Part shown: positions 20,101 through 30,398 of the stretch, one piece after another
Layout of the letters: each line of letters begins with the position of its first letter
Position numbering within the stretch: the first letter of the stretch is position 1
From: an uncultured archaeon
GTDB taxonomy: Archaea; Thermoproteota; Nitrososphaeria_A; Caldarchaeales; Wolframiiraptoraceae
NCBI GenBank assembly: GCA_938083505.1
Contig: CALKCF010000002.1
Coordinates: 32,001 to 96,000 of the forward strand
Length of the DNA stretch: 64,000 nt
Reading direction: 5' to 3'
Made by a program: the position numbers and the translations under genes
The notes under the pieces: generated by a model
The model's input: only the letters and a program-made list of their open reading frames with translations
What the model was told of the DNA's origin: nothing
The model's database searches: none

Positions 20101-20272
20101 GATATTTTTCAAGTCCGGAACTGACACCTATATTTGATGAGAAATCTCCATAAGCAAAATTTAAGTAGCCGTCAAGCAGCGGAAAAAGCAGAGGTTTAAA
20201 TAGAGCAATAAAAATAACTAAAGAAAGCAAAAAAGATACTAAAGGTAAATTTTTTGTGAAAAACTTCTTCAT
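17174..20272 (-). CDS. Large membrane protein: N-terminal GT-C-like multi-TM domain, beta-sandwich (CBM-like) modules and a YfhO-like C-terminus
   Basis: About 12 TM helices, then LNIKYIIKRTD, repeated galactose-binding-like modules, and C-terminal FAESYD..W...INGFWI...EYEPQ plus TM. Confidence 0.7.
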   Translation of the reverse strand: MKKFFTKNLPLVSFLLSLVIFIALFKPLLFPLLDGYLNFAYGDFSSNIGVSSGLEKYRMIYYVFNERLGAPTLHIIRSFLLEGSITALTNLISTITDSQITSVAILVSIILGCYGILKLSSLFEAGKSRRAMLVLVITLFYYLNLWSVERLAHIWIWVAYAIFPLYLYFGLAYISNRRLKNLIIYSLLFAIYGIIPHNFIYMFIIHTFLTISSIFLFNKKAKNLLLFIGGPIIIYFFMNMPLLLLHMFKGLEYPIPMSIDQLSMLSRNGNLINIFTFSNNWWPKVPATLLKNPLFRVTSLLLFMFTFAILISEVSQKKHKALVLPSAVFVIGLIFFIQGTNNPLLYNIIHIFGQLGYIDLFAPLREWGRLSILLPIFLIMILLLGLSSLRGKKSSSLTFLLLALIIMNVVSSPSLVYINDVYSPTYMPLEYYDMKDKILLDHKVLWIYPSSAQKILGTWRYVWNDQKSISKNLERSIGSTHNIGLEYVKMLTRKEGPQQLLDDLNIKYIIKRTDILGASNFRVDYQYLNCNKLNYLTICENPRNLTLFYIPKSLILSDLDGENFYTITFPQFPFHIAVITECRDDVVKAAQAAILDFESLCLYAKASKVGVILAPFKFTYFVNPARLWSKSSTADLLHADWHPYLEKFGIENWQSDYSEGLVFTWAVSTLKDKTVALEIPFTIHETDEYVFLIRLFQNQRGGSIQIQLDNKSYTINTKDQLNKFVWKQIDVLHLEKGSHRITLINIGGLNAINLFALIPKQEYQNVQNQIEQLLQDKRIIYVLEAESDLYYQNSIVSNKYGGEASNGKVLELNLTSKVWGEIEIIKPGSYTLGIRSKGNLTININEKKYEVSSPQLKWIYIGPINLEKGRHMIEVINALADLDVIWLYSVQNNNETLEDIFAPKENPAEVISYQKIDPTKYVVKVNATKPFMLSFAESYDSLWVAYVNGERIQSMPLYGVINGFWINQTGLLEITIEYEPQKWFYIGLIVSITTLIACTTYLVYDWVREKSILERKKSLKLKIIFHKRLTVS

Positions 20273-20299
20273 AATTCACCAATCAACTTCTCTTTTTTG

Positions 20300-21190
20300 A
20301 CGGATGTTCTAAAAAAGCATATAAGTCCATTCTGGTGGATATGATAAGAGTTTATTAATATCAACAACTGTGATGTCATTGTCATGCGATGCAAGTGGAA
20401 CATCAATATTTTCTTGGAATGAAATACTCAACTGTATAGCCTAAGCCTCTCAGCATAAATAGCAAGTCAATATGTTTATGTTTGCCCAGCAATGTGGGAT
20501 GCATCTCAATAAAGAGGTCGGGTAGGTGTTTAGAGATTCTTCTATAACACCCTTTGACTAAGTGGTATTCATGACCTTCTACATCCATTCTAATCAAATC
20601 AATTTTTCGAGTGATTGAAGAAGCTCATCTCCTGTTGTGACTACAATTTCGAATTGGGATACATTATCATGATCCTCGTCTTCTAACAAGCGGTGCCAGT
20701 TTGAACCATGGCTATATATTATTTTTGACAATACAACTTTATCAGATAAAGCCACATTAATTGCCTTTACATTATTGATATTATTTAGCTTGATATTCTT
20801 CATTAAATATTAGAAGTTTAGCCGAACGGGTTCAATACTAATAACTACACCATCCATACCAAGAAGCTTCGCTTTTAAAATTGTGTAATATCCTATATTA
20901 CTACCAACATCAACTACAACCACTTTGCTTATAGTCTTCTTTAGTTTTTTAATTTTTTGATTAGTATTTTCGTTGATAATGGTTCATGTATTTTAAATAT
21001 TTTTAATTCTCGTGATATGCCACGGTCGTGGAGGATAATGTACATTTTTTGGCTTGTATTTAGTCATAATAATATCTATTTTATGGGGTGGAGGCCAAAT
21101 GTGAATTACCAAATTGAAAATGAATGTTTTGGTTGCCTTCCGTAGACCCCATATTCTGGCTACAGTAATATTTGATGAATTCCCCAAGTT
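20300..21190 (-). pseudogene. FkbM-family methyltransferase, fragmented
   Basis: Pieces in different frames: DRGISRELKIFKIHEPLST, VVVDVGSNIGYY, SIEP, NIKLNNINNVKAINVALSD, IRMDVEGHEY. Confidence 0.8.
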
Positions 21191-21437
21191 TCTTAATATT
21201 CTTGAAAACCATAGTTCTCATCCTTTTTATATACCCTATTTAAGTTCGGGGAAGGGTTTATGGCCTGGTTTGTCTCAGCTGACTTGCATTGGATAGGTTT
21301 GAGGTGGAACGTATAATCTCTGTCATATCTACTACCGTCTCTAGGCATTATCCTAGGTTTGTGGTGATGAGCCTGTACGAGCTGATAGCCTTCGGTGTTA
21401 TGGCCCATAAGTATTTTGATACCTTGGTTAAGCGTCT

Positions 21438-21800
21438 ATGCCTCGAATAAGGTATAACAAGGTTGTTGAGAGGCTTAATAGGTATGAGGAGCTTCTACTG
21501 AGGTGTTTAAGTATGTTTGAACTAGGCGATCTTGTTATTGTGGATTCTACACCTATAGAGACCAAGGCCTTGGCTAGGCATGGTAGGCATCGGAGGAGGG
21601 GTGAGAGCACCTTGATAGAGGAGGCCGAGTCGATGGAATATAATGCCTCAAAAAGGGGTTCTACGAAGGCTACAAAGCCACTGTTGCCTCAGACGGCTTA
21701 TACGTCCGCCTGATAGGGATAGACCCTGCCAGCGTCCACGACGAAGGCTTTGATGAATAGGTTCGTAGAGGGGTTTCAGGGGTTAAGGTCATGGTTTCAC
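21438..21800 (+). mobile_element. IS982-family transposase remnant
   Basis: IVDSTPIET..LAR motif, then YNASKRG(F)Y-x-GYK and DPASVHD in a shifted frame. Truncated. Confidence 0.7.
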
Positions 21801-21849
21801 ACCCACAACTCTTCTTTCACTACTTTAACACCTGGAGGGTTCCTGCTAT

Positions 21850-22570
21850 TTAATCACTTTTCACTTTACTTGCTAAATATCCTAATCCTGCTGAAAAATA
21901 TTCTAAGATTTTTAAAATGATTACTCCTAAAGTAAGTGAGGGCTTAGAATAAAATCGCTTATTTTTGAGGAAGATTGAAAATCTGTAAAAAATGTCCATT
22001 TGCTTATCGGCGTATTCGCCAAATTTTTCTTTGTATTTGGAGGCGTTTTTTCCATAGTAAAACTTCTTTTTCAACCACTTCCAAAGAGAGAAGTTTTCCT
22101 CGTGATGTAAGATTTCAGCCTTTATTCTTTGCTTAACATTATAGCCTAGTGATTCTATCTTTTGTGGCAAGATGGTCTCCTCAAAGAAAATTATGTCTTC
22201 GTCAAAACCATTTACCTTCTTAGCTAGATCTTTCTTGAAAAATCTTGCAGACTCTATTTCTGTTCCAGCGTAGAAACTTCTCTCGAAATCTCTAACCTTA
22301 GTCCAAGATGAGTTGCCAATAGATTTTTCCGGAATAATTATGCCACCAATCCCTTTGTCATTTTTCATTAGACTGGCACACTCTCAAATTACATTTCTGG
22401 TCAATTCCATATCGGGATCTATAAAGTAAACATATTTACCTCCAGCCTTTTTGAGACCAAAAGTTTTTTACTTCAAAACGTTTGGCATCTAACTCTAAAA
22501 CTTTTACCCATGATTTTTTGTAATTTCTTTAAGAAACACCCTTAAAGTGTTTAAGCAATCTAGGATACAA
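21850..22570 (-). pseudogene. Family 2 glycosyltransferase, N-terminally disrupted
   Basis: Upstream of the 172-aa ORF the frame reads GKYVYFIDPDMELTRNVI*EC. GFDEDI and YYGK motifs lie downstream. Confidence 0.75.
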
Positions 22571-22611
22571 TATAATATGTTGTATATATTATAAATCATA
22601 ATATTTTGGTT

Positions 22612-23573
22612 TTAACTTTGGATGATCTTAATGAGCGTAGTTAATCGTTGAATATATGTATGTTCCTTGTAAGCTCTTTTTTGTGCTCGCTCAGAAATTC
22701 TTTTCCTTTCTTCCTTCATTGCTATGTAATATCTAGCTAGTTTAATGAGCTCATTATTGTCGTTATACACGATAACTTCTTCCCCACTTTTAAACATATT
22801 ATCTATCCCATAAGCATTATCGGTGAGAAGGAATGCTCCACTTCCCGTAGCTTCAAAGGTTCTCATATTAACTTTATATGGTAAGTCATCCTCCATGTGT
22901 ACGTTTAGGACTATTTTCGCAGCATTAAAAGCCTTAACCATTTCTGTCCCGTATATCCCATCATCTGCCTCAACTCCATGAAAGAAATACTTCCAGTATG
23001 GACCCCAAACCTTAACTTTCAGTCCAACTTTTTTAAGCAATTTTATAATTCTGCCCCTTCTCAACGTGTATGTACCAACAAAACATATATCTGAGCCGTA
23101 AAGCCTAGTCTCCTCATCACTTAGTTTAACCCTTCTATGCACAGTTGGTTCACACGCAAACGGAAGAAAGTGAACGTTATTGCATCCTATTCTTTTATAC
23201 ATTTCCATAGCCCTCTCTGAGGCTGTAAAGATGTAATCATAGCTTGGTGCTATATATCTAACGAGGCTATTGAAAAATCTCGGATCGTCAGGATACCATA
23301 AGGCCGTCCTCGCCCCCAAGTTTTCTTTAATCCATTCAATAGTCTCCGGTTTCACCGCTTCGCCCTTAATTGACAAAACTAAATCTGGACAGAATGTTTC
23401 GGCACTCCTCCTTATCTCCTCATTTACCTTATTCAGCCATAGCAGATTCGCTATATCCCTTAAGGATTTAGACCTAGTAATTGCCATTCTAACGGTGTTT
23501 ACAAACCGACCGAGCCTTTCTTTATAACCATAGAATTTGACAGCATATCCGAGCCTAGTAGCAGTATTCTCAT
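22612..23573 (-). pseudogene. CgeB/DUF3880-type GT-B glycosyltransferase with an N-terminal frameshift (291-aa ORF remains)
   Basis: WYPDDP, LPFAC, DICFVGT, NMRTFEATGSG, HTY..R. ATG at 23573 (MRILLLGS) is out of frame with GYAVKFYGYK. Confidence 0.75.
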
Positions 23574-23622
23574 AGCTAAAATAGTTTAAGGTTATTTTGC
23601 AGTCCAGTACATGATGCCCTGT

Positions 23623-25635
23623 TTACGCTTTGTAGAATATAATATTGGTTTTAGTTAATTTCTTCAACCGTTCTAGCGTGACGTTATTCTTTATCCAACT
23701 ATAAGCCAAGTACAGGGTACAGGCGATTAGAGTTATACCGGATATTATTGAACCAATATGGAACCATTTTTGGGGCGGGTACTCTATGATGATCTCCAAT
23801 AAGCCGGTCTGGTTGATCCAAAAACCATTAATGAAACCATAAAGAGGAATTGATGAATAGCTTTCGTTGGAAACATAGGCGCGCCATTCACTGTCATAAG
23901 GGGCCGCAAATGCTAGTAAGAAAGGAGATGAGGTGTTTATTGTTACTTTCCATAAGGTAGGACTTTCTTGTTTATACTTAATTATTTCTGTCTTCCCCAT
24001 ATTTTGCAGAAAAACTTCTTTCAACTTTTTGTTTTCATCGCTTGTATAAATCCATATATCTCCTAAACGCGTGTTATCTAACGCTTTAATTTTTAGTTCT
24101 TGGCAACCCCTTGTTAAAAATGTGGAACCGACATCGATTATTCCATATTGGTTAGAAGCTACATAGAATGTTTGGTTGGCGATGGTTATTTCGGCAGTTC
24201 CTAAAATTTCAGCCGAAATTCTATAGTTACCTTCTTTGAGGATATGCAAGTTTTTTATTACGATTTTCTGTTTTGGAATTATCAAGATATCATCGAATTT
24301 CTGTTTTGGAATTATTAAGATATCATCGAACCATGTGGTTGCATTTCCTTTTGACGTGTCTAACACCCAGCCGGCATTTAATGCTATCCGTAGCATAGTT
24401 ATTTCACTATCTAATTCTAAGTCGGCAATGTGTTTCTTCCAATTATATGATCCATATTGAGCTGCGGGCACTTGAATGAGTTGAATCCATGTGTTTGTAG
24501 TCCTGTTTAATCCTTCTATGACTATATGGCTTGCTTCGGCATTTTCCTGTTTTATATGCGTTACTATTTGATATTCGCCTGGAGTTATTGGTATCGCTGA
24601 GCTTCTTATCCAGCTCCAATGCCAAGTGGAGGTTACCTGTGTTGTTACTTTAAGGCTAACGTTTCCTCGATATTTTACCTGGTCGTCAAGTGTAGCCGTA
24701 AACCCTTCTTCTGGTTGAGACCAGTAAAGTGGATAATGGTCTACTGCTTCTTCAAAAGAAGGGTTCTTTACAATGTTAGTTTCAAAACTTAGTGGATCTA
24801 TGAGGTAAATTATTGTTGCGTTTTTTAGTTTTGATGTGAGCATTTGTTCTGTTTGCCCTTTGCTCAATATTAATATTTGGTCTATGTAGTTTTCTCCGTC
24901 TATGTTGGAGATTGTTAATGTATGAGATTGACTTGAGTTTCCTTGGTATAGTTTCACCCACTCAAGTGAAAAGGCACTAGATAAAGTTATCACATTTCTT
25001 TCATTCTCACCATCTAACATGAATCTTATTTTTCCTCCGTTTGGCCATTTAAGGATCTTCGCCCATATTTCAAAAAGGCCTTTCATTTCTATTGGTATTT
25101 TTAACTCGCTTTCAGCTTTCGTGAACGCTCCGTTGTTTATTGTAGATGCGAAGAGATAATTGTACCAGAACCAGTTTTTGCTATTTATCCAACCTTTTTG
25201 GGCGTCTGTTTGTATTGCATAGTTTCCAGGATCTATTTTTGTCCCTAACAATATTGATATTATGTCAAGCATGTCGTTTTTTATAACGAATATTGGAGTA
25301 TTGATTTTCAGTTGAGTAATGTCAGTTAAATAAGCAATGTCTGTTAGGTTTAATAATTTTGCTAGGTGGATCAATATTGATAGTTCAGCCGTCCCATATA
25401 TTACCGTGGAAGGCGTATATATGAATTCTGTTGTTTTTGTATTTTGATACAACTTGAACTCAGGTTTTTCGTCTTTAAGTTCGAGGTCCCGTTGATGCGT
25501 GATGAAGTTAGATGTCACGTCAGGCTCCCACTTTTCGAGGAGGTAGGGATAAAGAGCTAACGGGACGTAAAGTGGATACTTTGATGTAAAGTCTTTTCTT
25601 TGGATTACGTATTTTGTGGCGAATAGGCTTATCAA
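23623..25635 (-). pseudogene. 5'-truncated paralog of the 1032-aa membrane protein, with a CBM4/9-like domain
   Basis: C-terminus nearly identical to 17174..20272 (INGFWINQTGLLEI.IEY.PQKWF.IG). VKNPSFEE...WFDD CBM-like module. Begins at the KYVI-x-RKD motif and lacks the TM domain. Confidence 0.7.
24265..24330. repeat. 33-bp tandem duplication (one mismatch), in frame
   Basis: tttctgttttggaattat(c/t)aagatatcatcgaa twice, encoding FDDILIIPKQK twice on the minus strand. Confidence 0.95.
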
Positions 25636-25814
25636 ATTACCGAATTGTTGTGTTTAGTTTTCGTCTTTAGATGTAGTCGCGACATTTCAGGTGCTACAAG
25701 AAATACTACGAAGATCCAAAGATGGATGGGTTTAAGCACAACCCCCATGTACAAATAGTTTTTATAATAAGCTTAAAACTTATTATGAAGTTGATAAATA
25801 AAGTATGTTTTTAG

Positions 25815-26579
25815 ATGATCGTGACAGAAAATGTCCGTAAACTTCTTAAAGCCCACGAAGGGCTAAAACGTGAAGTTTACTTAGATATTGAGAACTCAAG
25901 CTTCGTTCTCCCAGAAGTGATTGAAGCTATGCTTCCATACTTTAACAAACGTGCTTATGTCAACCCTACGCTTACTCATAAACCGGGATGGGAAGCTTAC
26001 GACGCTATAATGGAGTCAGCCCAAACAATTGCAAGGTATTTTGGCTGTAAAAGTATCGAAGAGATCAACTTTACGCCAGGAGAGGCTGAGGCTAACAACC
26101 TTGCCTTGCTTGGTGCAGTCTCTCAAATGTGTGTAAAACGCGGAAAAATCGTGATTTCTGAGATTGAACCGTTAAGCATCATGCACGTAGCGGAAATACT
26201 TTCCAAACAAGGATTTTCAATGATTAAAGTGTCCGTGGATGGTGAGGGTTTTATAGACCTTGAAAAACTTAAAGAGGCTGTAGACGATGAAATAGTTATC
26301 GCGAGCTTCTCCGCTGTTAACTGTGAAGGTGAGGCATTAACCATTGAGTTAAGCTTGAACAGTGTGTACGTTTCAAGCGGAAGCGCTTGCACAAGACACT
26401 TATTGCAACCAAGCCATGTGTTAGTCGCCATAGGTAGAAAATTTGAGGAAGCTCACGGCAGCATCCTCATGAAAGCTACACGTATACGCACAGAGGCGGA
26501 TATAGACTATGTATTTGAAGTTTTGTCAAAGGTCGTTGAAAGACTTAGAGGAATAACGGGCTCAATGGTGGCCGAGTAG
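25815..26579 (+). pseudogene. iscS: IscS/NifS-type cysteine desulfurase with a large in-frame internal deletion
   Basis: N-terminal VYLD..S, NP and FTPGEAEANN are joined at SAVN|CEGEAL (about 26321) directly to C-terminal SSGSACT...SHVL. The PLP-Lys (SxHK) segment is absent. Confidence 0.8.
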
Positions 26580-26581
26580 TC

Positions 26582-27043
26582 TTGTCGCGCTTCCCCCTAC
26601 CCTACACTCAAAAAATCTTGGATCTGTTTAGGAATCCAAAGAATTTAGGGAAAATGAAGGACGCCACTGTTTCAGCGGTAGCCGGCAACCCTCAATGCGG
26701 AGATATGATAACTTTCTATTTGAAGATCAACGAGCAAGACGTGAGTGAAAAGTCGACATTTGAAAGAACTGAAAAAATTAATCAGATGAAGCTTGAAGAT
26801 GCTTGGAAAATTTTGTGGAAGAGCATTGTCGAAGAGTTGGGAGGGCTGCCGGCTGTCAAATTTCACTATGGCATATTGGCTGTTGGAGCTTTGAGACGGG
26901 CTATTCGCGCTTCCTACAAAATGCGGCAACAAATTCCAGAGTGGCTACCGAAAGAATTAACCTTTGAAGAAAAACAAGCATTAGAAGAGGAGCTGGCAAA
27001 AATCCTTTCGAAGAGAATGAAGATGGTAGAAGAAGGTGCTTGA
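26582..27043 (+). pseudogene. iscU: IscU/NifU scaffold, degenerate (in-frame deletion, two of three Cys lost)
   Basis: FRNPKNLG and GNPQCGD present. The GC-x-x-x-x-A segment is missing after KSTFE, and KFHY replaces KxHC. Confidence 0.75.
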
Positions 27044-28284
27044 AGATGTTCAATCCCTACAAGGTTAGGGAAGACTTCCCTATATTGAAACGAAAGATAG
27101 ACGGTAATCAGATCATATACTTTGACAATGCGGCAACATCCCAAAAGCCAAGGCAGGTCATCGAAGCGATGAAAAAGTTCTACGAAGAACAAAATGCCAA
27201 CGTTCACCGCGCAGTGCATACATTATCACTGGAAGCTACGGAACTTTATGAGGAGGCCCACGAGGAGGTTGCTGAATTCATAGGCGCCAAGAGTATGGAA
27301 GAAATAATCTTTGTAAGGGGCACAACGGAGGCCATAAACCTCGTTGCCTATTCGTGGGGGCTTCACAACCTTAAACGGGGAGACGAGGTTCTCGTAACTC
27401 TCATGGAGCATCATAGCAACATAGTTCCATGGGAGATTCTCTCAGAAATAAAAGGATTTAAAGTTAAGTATTTAGATGTTAACCTGGATGGTACATTAAA
27501 CTATGAATTGTTAAAGGAAATGTTAACACCTAGAGTAAGGCTTGTCTGCGTAACCCATGTTTCGAACGTGACGGGCGTCATTAATGATGTGGAAACTGTT
27601 GCGAAACTCGCCCATGAAAATGACGCTTTAGTTCTTGTGGATGGTGCCCAATCAGTACCCCACATACCCGTAAATGTCCAAAAGTTGGACTGTGACTTCT
27701 TGGCTTTCTCCGGTCACAAGATGCTTGGGCCAACGGGGATAGGCGTCTTGTATGGTAAACGGGAAATTCTTGAAAAAATGAAGCCCTTTCATGGCGGTGG
27801 CGGAATGATTAATGAAGTTTCCTTTAACCTAGAGATGCATAGATGCAAAATCTCATGGAACGAACTACCATGGAGGTTTGAGGCTGGAACCCCGGACATA
27901 GGTGGGGCTGTTGGCTTAACGGCCGCCATAAAGTATTTGAGGACTCTTGGAATGGAAAACGTGAAGACCCACGAATACAAATTAACCGAATACACCATGA
28001 AACACTTGAAGGAATGCCCAAAAGTCACGGTTTACGGTCCTAAAGATGCTGCGCTAAAATGTGGGATAATACCATTCAATGTTGAAAGATTAGATTCTCA
28101 TGATGTAGCCTTACTTTTAAACAGTTATGGAATAATGATAAGGAGCGGGTTCCACTGCGCCCAGCCTCTTCACGAAAAGCTTAAAATTCCCTCATCCGCA
28201 AGAGTCAGCTTTTACGTTTATAATACTCAAGAAGAAGTGGACCGCTTTATCGAAGCCTTAAAGGAGATAGAAGGGGTTTTATGA
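27040..28284 (+). CDS. sufS: Cysteine desulfurase, SufS (class II)
   Basis: YFDNAATSQKP, MEHHSN, DGAQS, FSGHKMLGPTG, FEAGTP and RSGFHCAQP. Confidence 0.95.
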   Translation: MKMFNPYKVREDFPILKRKIDGNQIIYFDNAATSQKPRQVIEAMKKFYEEQNANVHRAVHTLSLEATELYEEAHEEVAEFIGAKSMEEIIFVRGTTEAINLVAYSWGLHNLKRGDEVLVTLMEHHSNIVPWEILSEIKGFKVKYLDVNLDGTLNYELLKEMLTPRVRLVCVTHVSNVTGVINDVETVAKLAHENDALVLVDGAQSVPHIPVNVQKLDCDFLAFSGHKMLGPTGIGVLYGKREILEKMKPFHGGGGMINEVSFNLEMHRCKISWNELPWRFEAGTPDIGGAVGLTAAIKYLRTLGMENVKTHEYKLTEYTMKHLKECPKVTVYGPKDAALKCGIIPFNVERLDSHDVALLLNSYGIMIRSGFHCAQPLHEKLKIPSSARVSFYVYNTQEEVDRFIEALKEIEGVL

Positions 28285-28559
28285 CCGCAAACACGAGCCT
28301 TAAGGAATATATAGCGAGGATAGAAGAGGCATGTGGTGAAGAAAAGGACATCATAGTTCACTTCAAATATGAGAAAAAGGATGAGGTAATAAAGAGAATA
28401 CTCAAAAAAGCAAAGGTGGAGAGGACGGTCGCCGGAATAATCCTCGACCTAACTTACAAGGAGTTTTCCATCCGCCTTTATAATATGGGGAAGGCCGTAT
28501 TCAGAAAAGTGAAAGAAAAAAGTCGGGTGCAAGAGGTTTTAGCTGAACTTTTGTTATAG
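28281..28559 (+). CDS. Hypothetical protein, translationally coupled to sufS
   Basis: ATGA overlap with the sufS stop; 92 aa. Confidence 0.65.
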   Translation: MTANTSLKEYIARIEEACGEEKDIIVHFKYEKKDEVIKRILKKAKVERTVAGIILDLTYKEFSIRLYNMGKAVFRKVKEKSRVQEVLAELLL

Positions 28560-28719
28560 CTCATCGCTTAAGCTAACCTCTCATAAAGTAAAATTTACCG
28601 GTAAATTTGTGCGTAACTCCCAGCCTCAACATATTTTTGCTAGTAAATTGTATAGAGTGTTGCGTTTTGCGGCCAAACTTAGCATCTCTATGATGCCGTG
28701 GGTGCCTTAATAACTTCGC

Positions 28720-29373
28720 TCAAGGAATGAACTTCTTATCGCGTCCGGATATCGCGATAATCACAGCATAATAAATTATACCAATGTAAAAACACAGATG
28801 TGCTAGAAAGCGTAAAGGATGCTTAACTCTGAATGGCATGCTAAGCTGCCTCAACCACTCCTTAAGGTTCCGTTCATTCTTAAGCATATACAGTGCTTTA
28901 TTGAACCGCATCAGGAAAAGCTTTTTAAAGGTCGGCACCTTCTTTTGGTGCTTTACACCTTTTACCCCCAAGAATAGCCCAAGCCTCCTAGCCCTATCGT
29001 TAAAATCTATATCCTCCTCGTAAACTCTTATGAATCTCTCGTCAAACCCGCCCACCTTCATGTAAACATCCGGTCTGAAGAACCAACTCGCAGCGCTATG
29101 AACTATCATAGAACTTTCATAAGCCATTTTTACAAGATTCAGAAATACCTCCGATTCAAAGCTCACATCATCATCGATAAGCGCTATAACATCAACGCTA
29201 TTGGCTATTTCTTTAACGCCTATGTTTCGCTGTCTGGAAACATTTTTTCCATATATGACCTTTATAACACTAACGTAATTTTGAATACTGTCCAGCGATT
29301 TTTTTGTCTCCTCGCTTAAGGATCCACCTAACCTGACAGGAATGACAACCCCTATTTTCACTTTGTGGTCCAT
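28720..29373 (-). CDS. Family 2 glycosyltransferase (short)
   Basis: VVIP, RNIG, IDDD, GGFDERF..EEDIDF. Confidence 0.85.
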   Translation of the reverse strand: MDHKVKIGVVIPVRLGGSLSEETKKSLDSIQNYVSVIKVIYGKNVSRQRNIGVKEIANSVDVIALIDDDVSFESEVFLNLVKMAYESSMIVHSAASWFFRPDVYMKVGGFDERFIRVYEEDIDFNDRARRLGLFLGVKGVKHQKKVPTFKKLFLMRFNKALYMLKNERNLKEWLRQLSMPFRVKHPLRFLAHLCFYIGIIYYAVIIAISGRDKKFIP

Positions 29374-29660
29374 GATAGAAGCGCTTATAATCTTTATATG
29401 GGTTACGCCACTCTATAGGTTGAGGATAATCACTGATGAAACTAAGCACGCTTATCTCACACCTCTATACAAGTTTCATACGAAGTTTCAGAAGTTGATA
29501 TTTGATAACTACTCCAATCGTATACGGTTTTGTTAAGAGGTTAAGTAGAATTATTTTATAGTAAAATTTAGGTTTATGTAGTGCGACGATTTAGGAAAAT
29601 GCATTTTCACGTATGGATGCATTAGTAACAAAACTATCAAAAAATAAACTGGCAAACAAA

Positions 29661-30036
29661 TCAACCACGGTACAGTTCACATGTTTCCGGTAACGTGATG
29701 AACCGTTTATGTATATCACATACCACATCTTCTCTCCTTAAAATTTTGCATACTTCGCAAAATTTCAGCATAGCTTCAACTGATGAAAGGTTATGTGCCA
29801 CTATGCCTGCTGCAATTTGATCGGCCAGGGAACGGACGGGGTCTATGGACTCTAACTGTTTTAGTATTTTCACCCCTCTTTGTAAAGATATTAACTTATT
29901 GCCGTTTGGGTTATTCCTATTTTTTTGTTATAGTTACTTGTGAGAAAATGTATTTTTTATTAAATTAATTCTTGGCTATTAGAGACCTGAACCCGGGAAG
30001 TATTAGCTTTACAACGGCCTTGCAAGGTGCTCTCAA
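29661..30036 (-). pseudogene. COG2522-like HTH transcriptional regulator, decayed
   Basis: Fragments LRAPCKAVVKLILPGFRSLIAK, SQV...GITQTAIS*YL..KRG, and the C-terminal C-x-x-C...CDIH ORF (29661..29873). Confidence 0.65.
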
Positions 30037-30165
30037 TATGGATAACTCTAAAATCTTTATCTATATAAAGTGCAACAGATAAACTCATTTCCTTGTTTTT
30101 AGAAGTGTGGGTAACTCAACAAGTTGTGCACTTACACTTATATTCTAAAGTTTATAACGAAAACA

Positions 30166-30396
30166 TTAACACCTCATAACGAAAACACGCCAGTTTTCGT
30201 TATCGTCCGTTTCAACTTTAATAACTTTAACATTCAATTCCCTTGCAGCCTTAATTATATCATCTCTTGATGGTTTATGTGTTCCCTTCACCACTAATAT
30301 CTCTCCGTGTTCAAGGTTATCTACACTTCTCCTAAACTTTATCAGAGGTACAGGACAGATATCGCCGGATGTATCTAAAATTTTGTACTTCTCCAT
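30166..30396 (-). CDS. tusA: TusA/SirA-family sulfur carrier
   Basis: 76 aa with LDTSGDICPVP (CPxP) motif. Confidence 0.9.
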   Translation of the reverse strand: MEKYKILDTSGDICPVPLIKFRRSVDNLEHGEILVVKGTHKPSRDDIIKAARELNVKVIKVETDDNENWRVFVMRC

Positions 30397-30398
30397 AA

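Noticed and set aside
28591-28608. 18-bp perfect palindrome AAATTTACCGGTAAATTT
   Set aside because: AT-rich, single copy, between convergent genes; no supportable function.
25671-29595. Imperfect direct repeat atgtagtcgcgacatttcagg / atgtagtgcgacgatttagg flanking iscS-sufS-GT2
   Set aside because: Short and needs three gaps to align; cannot be distinguished from chance without comparative data.
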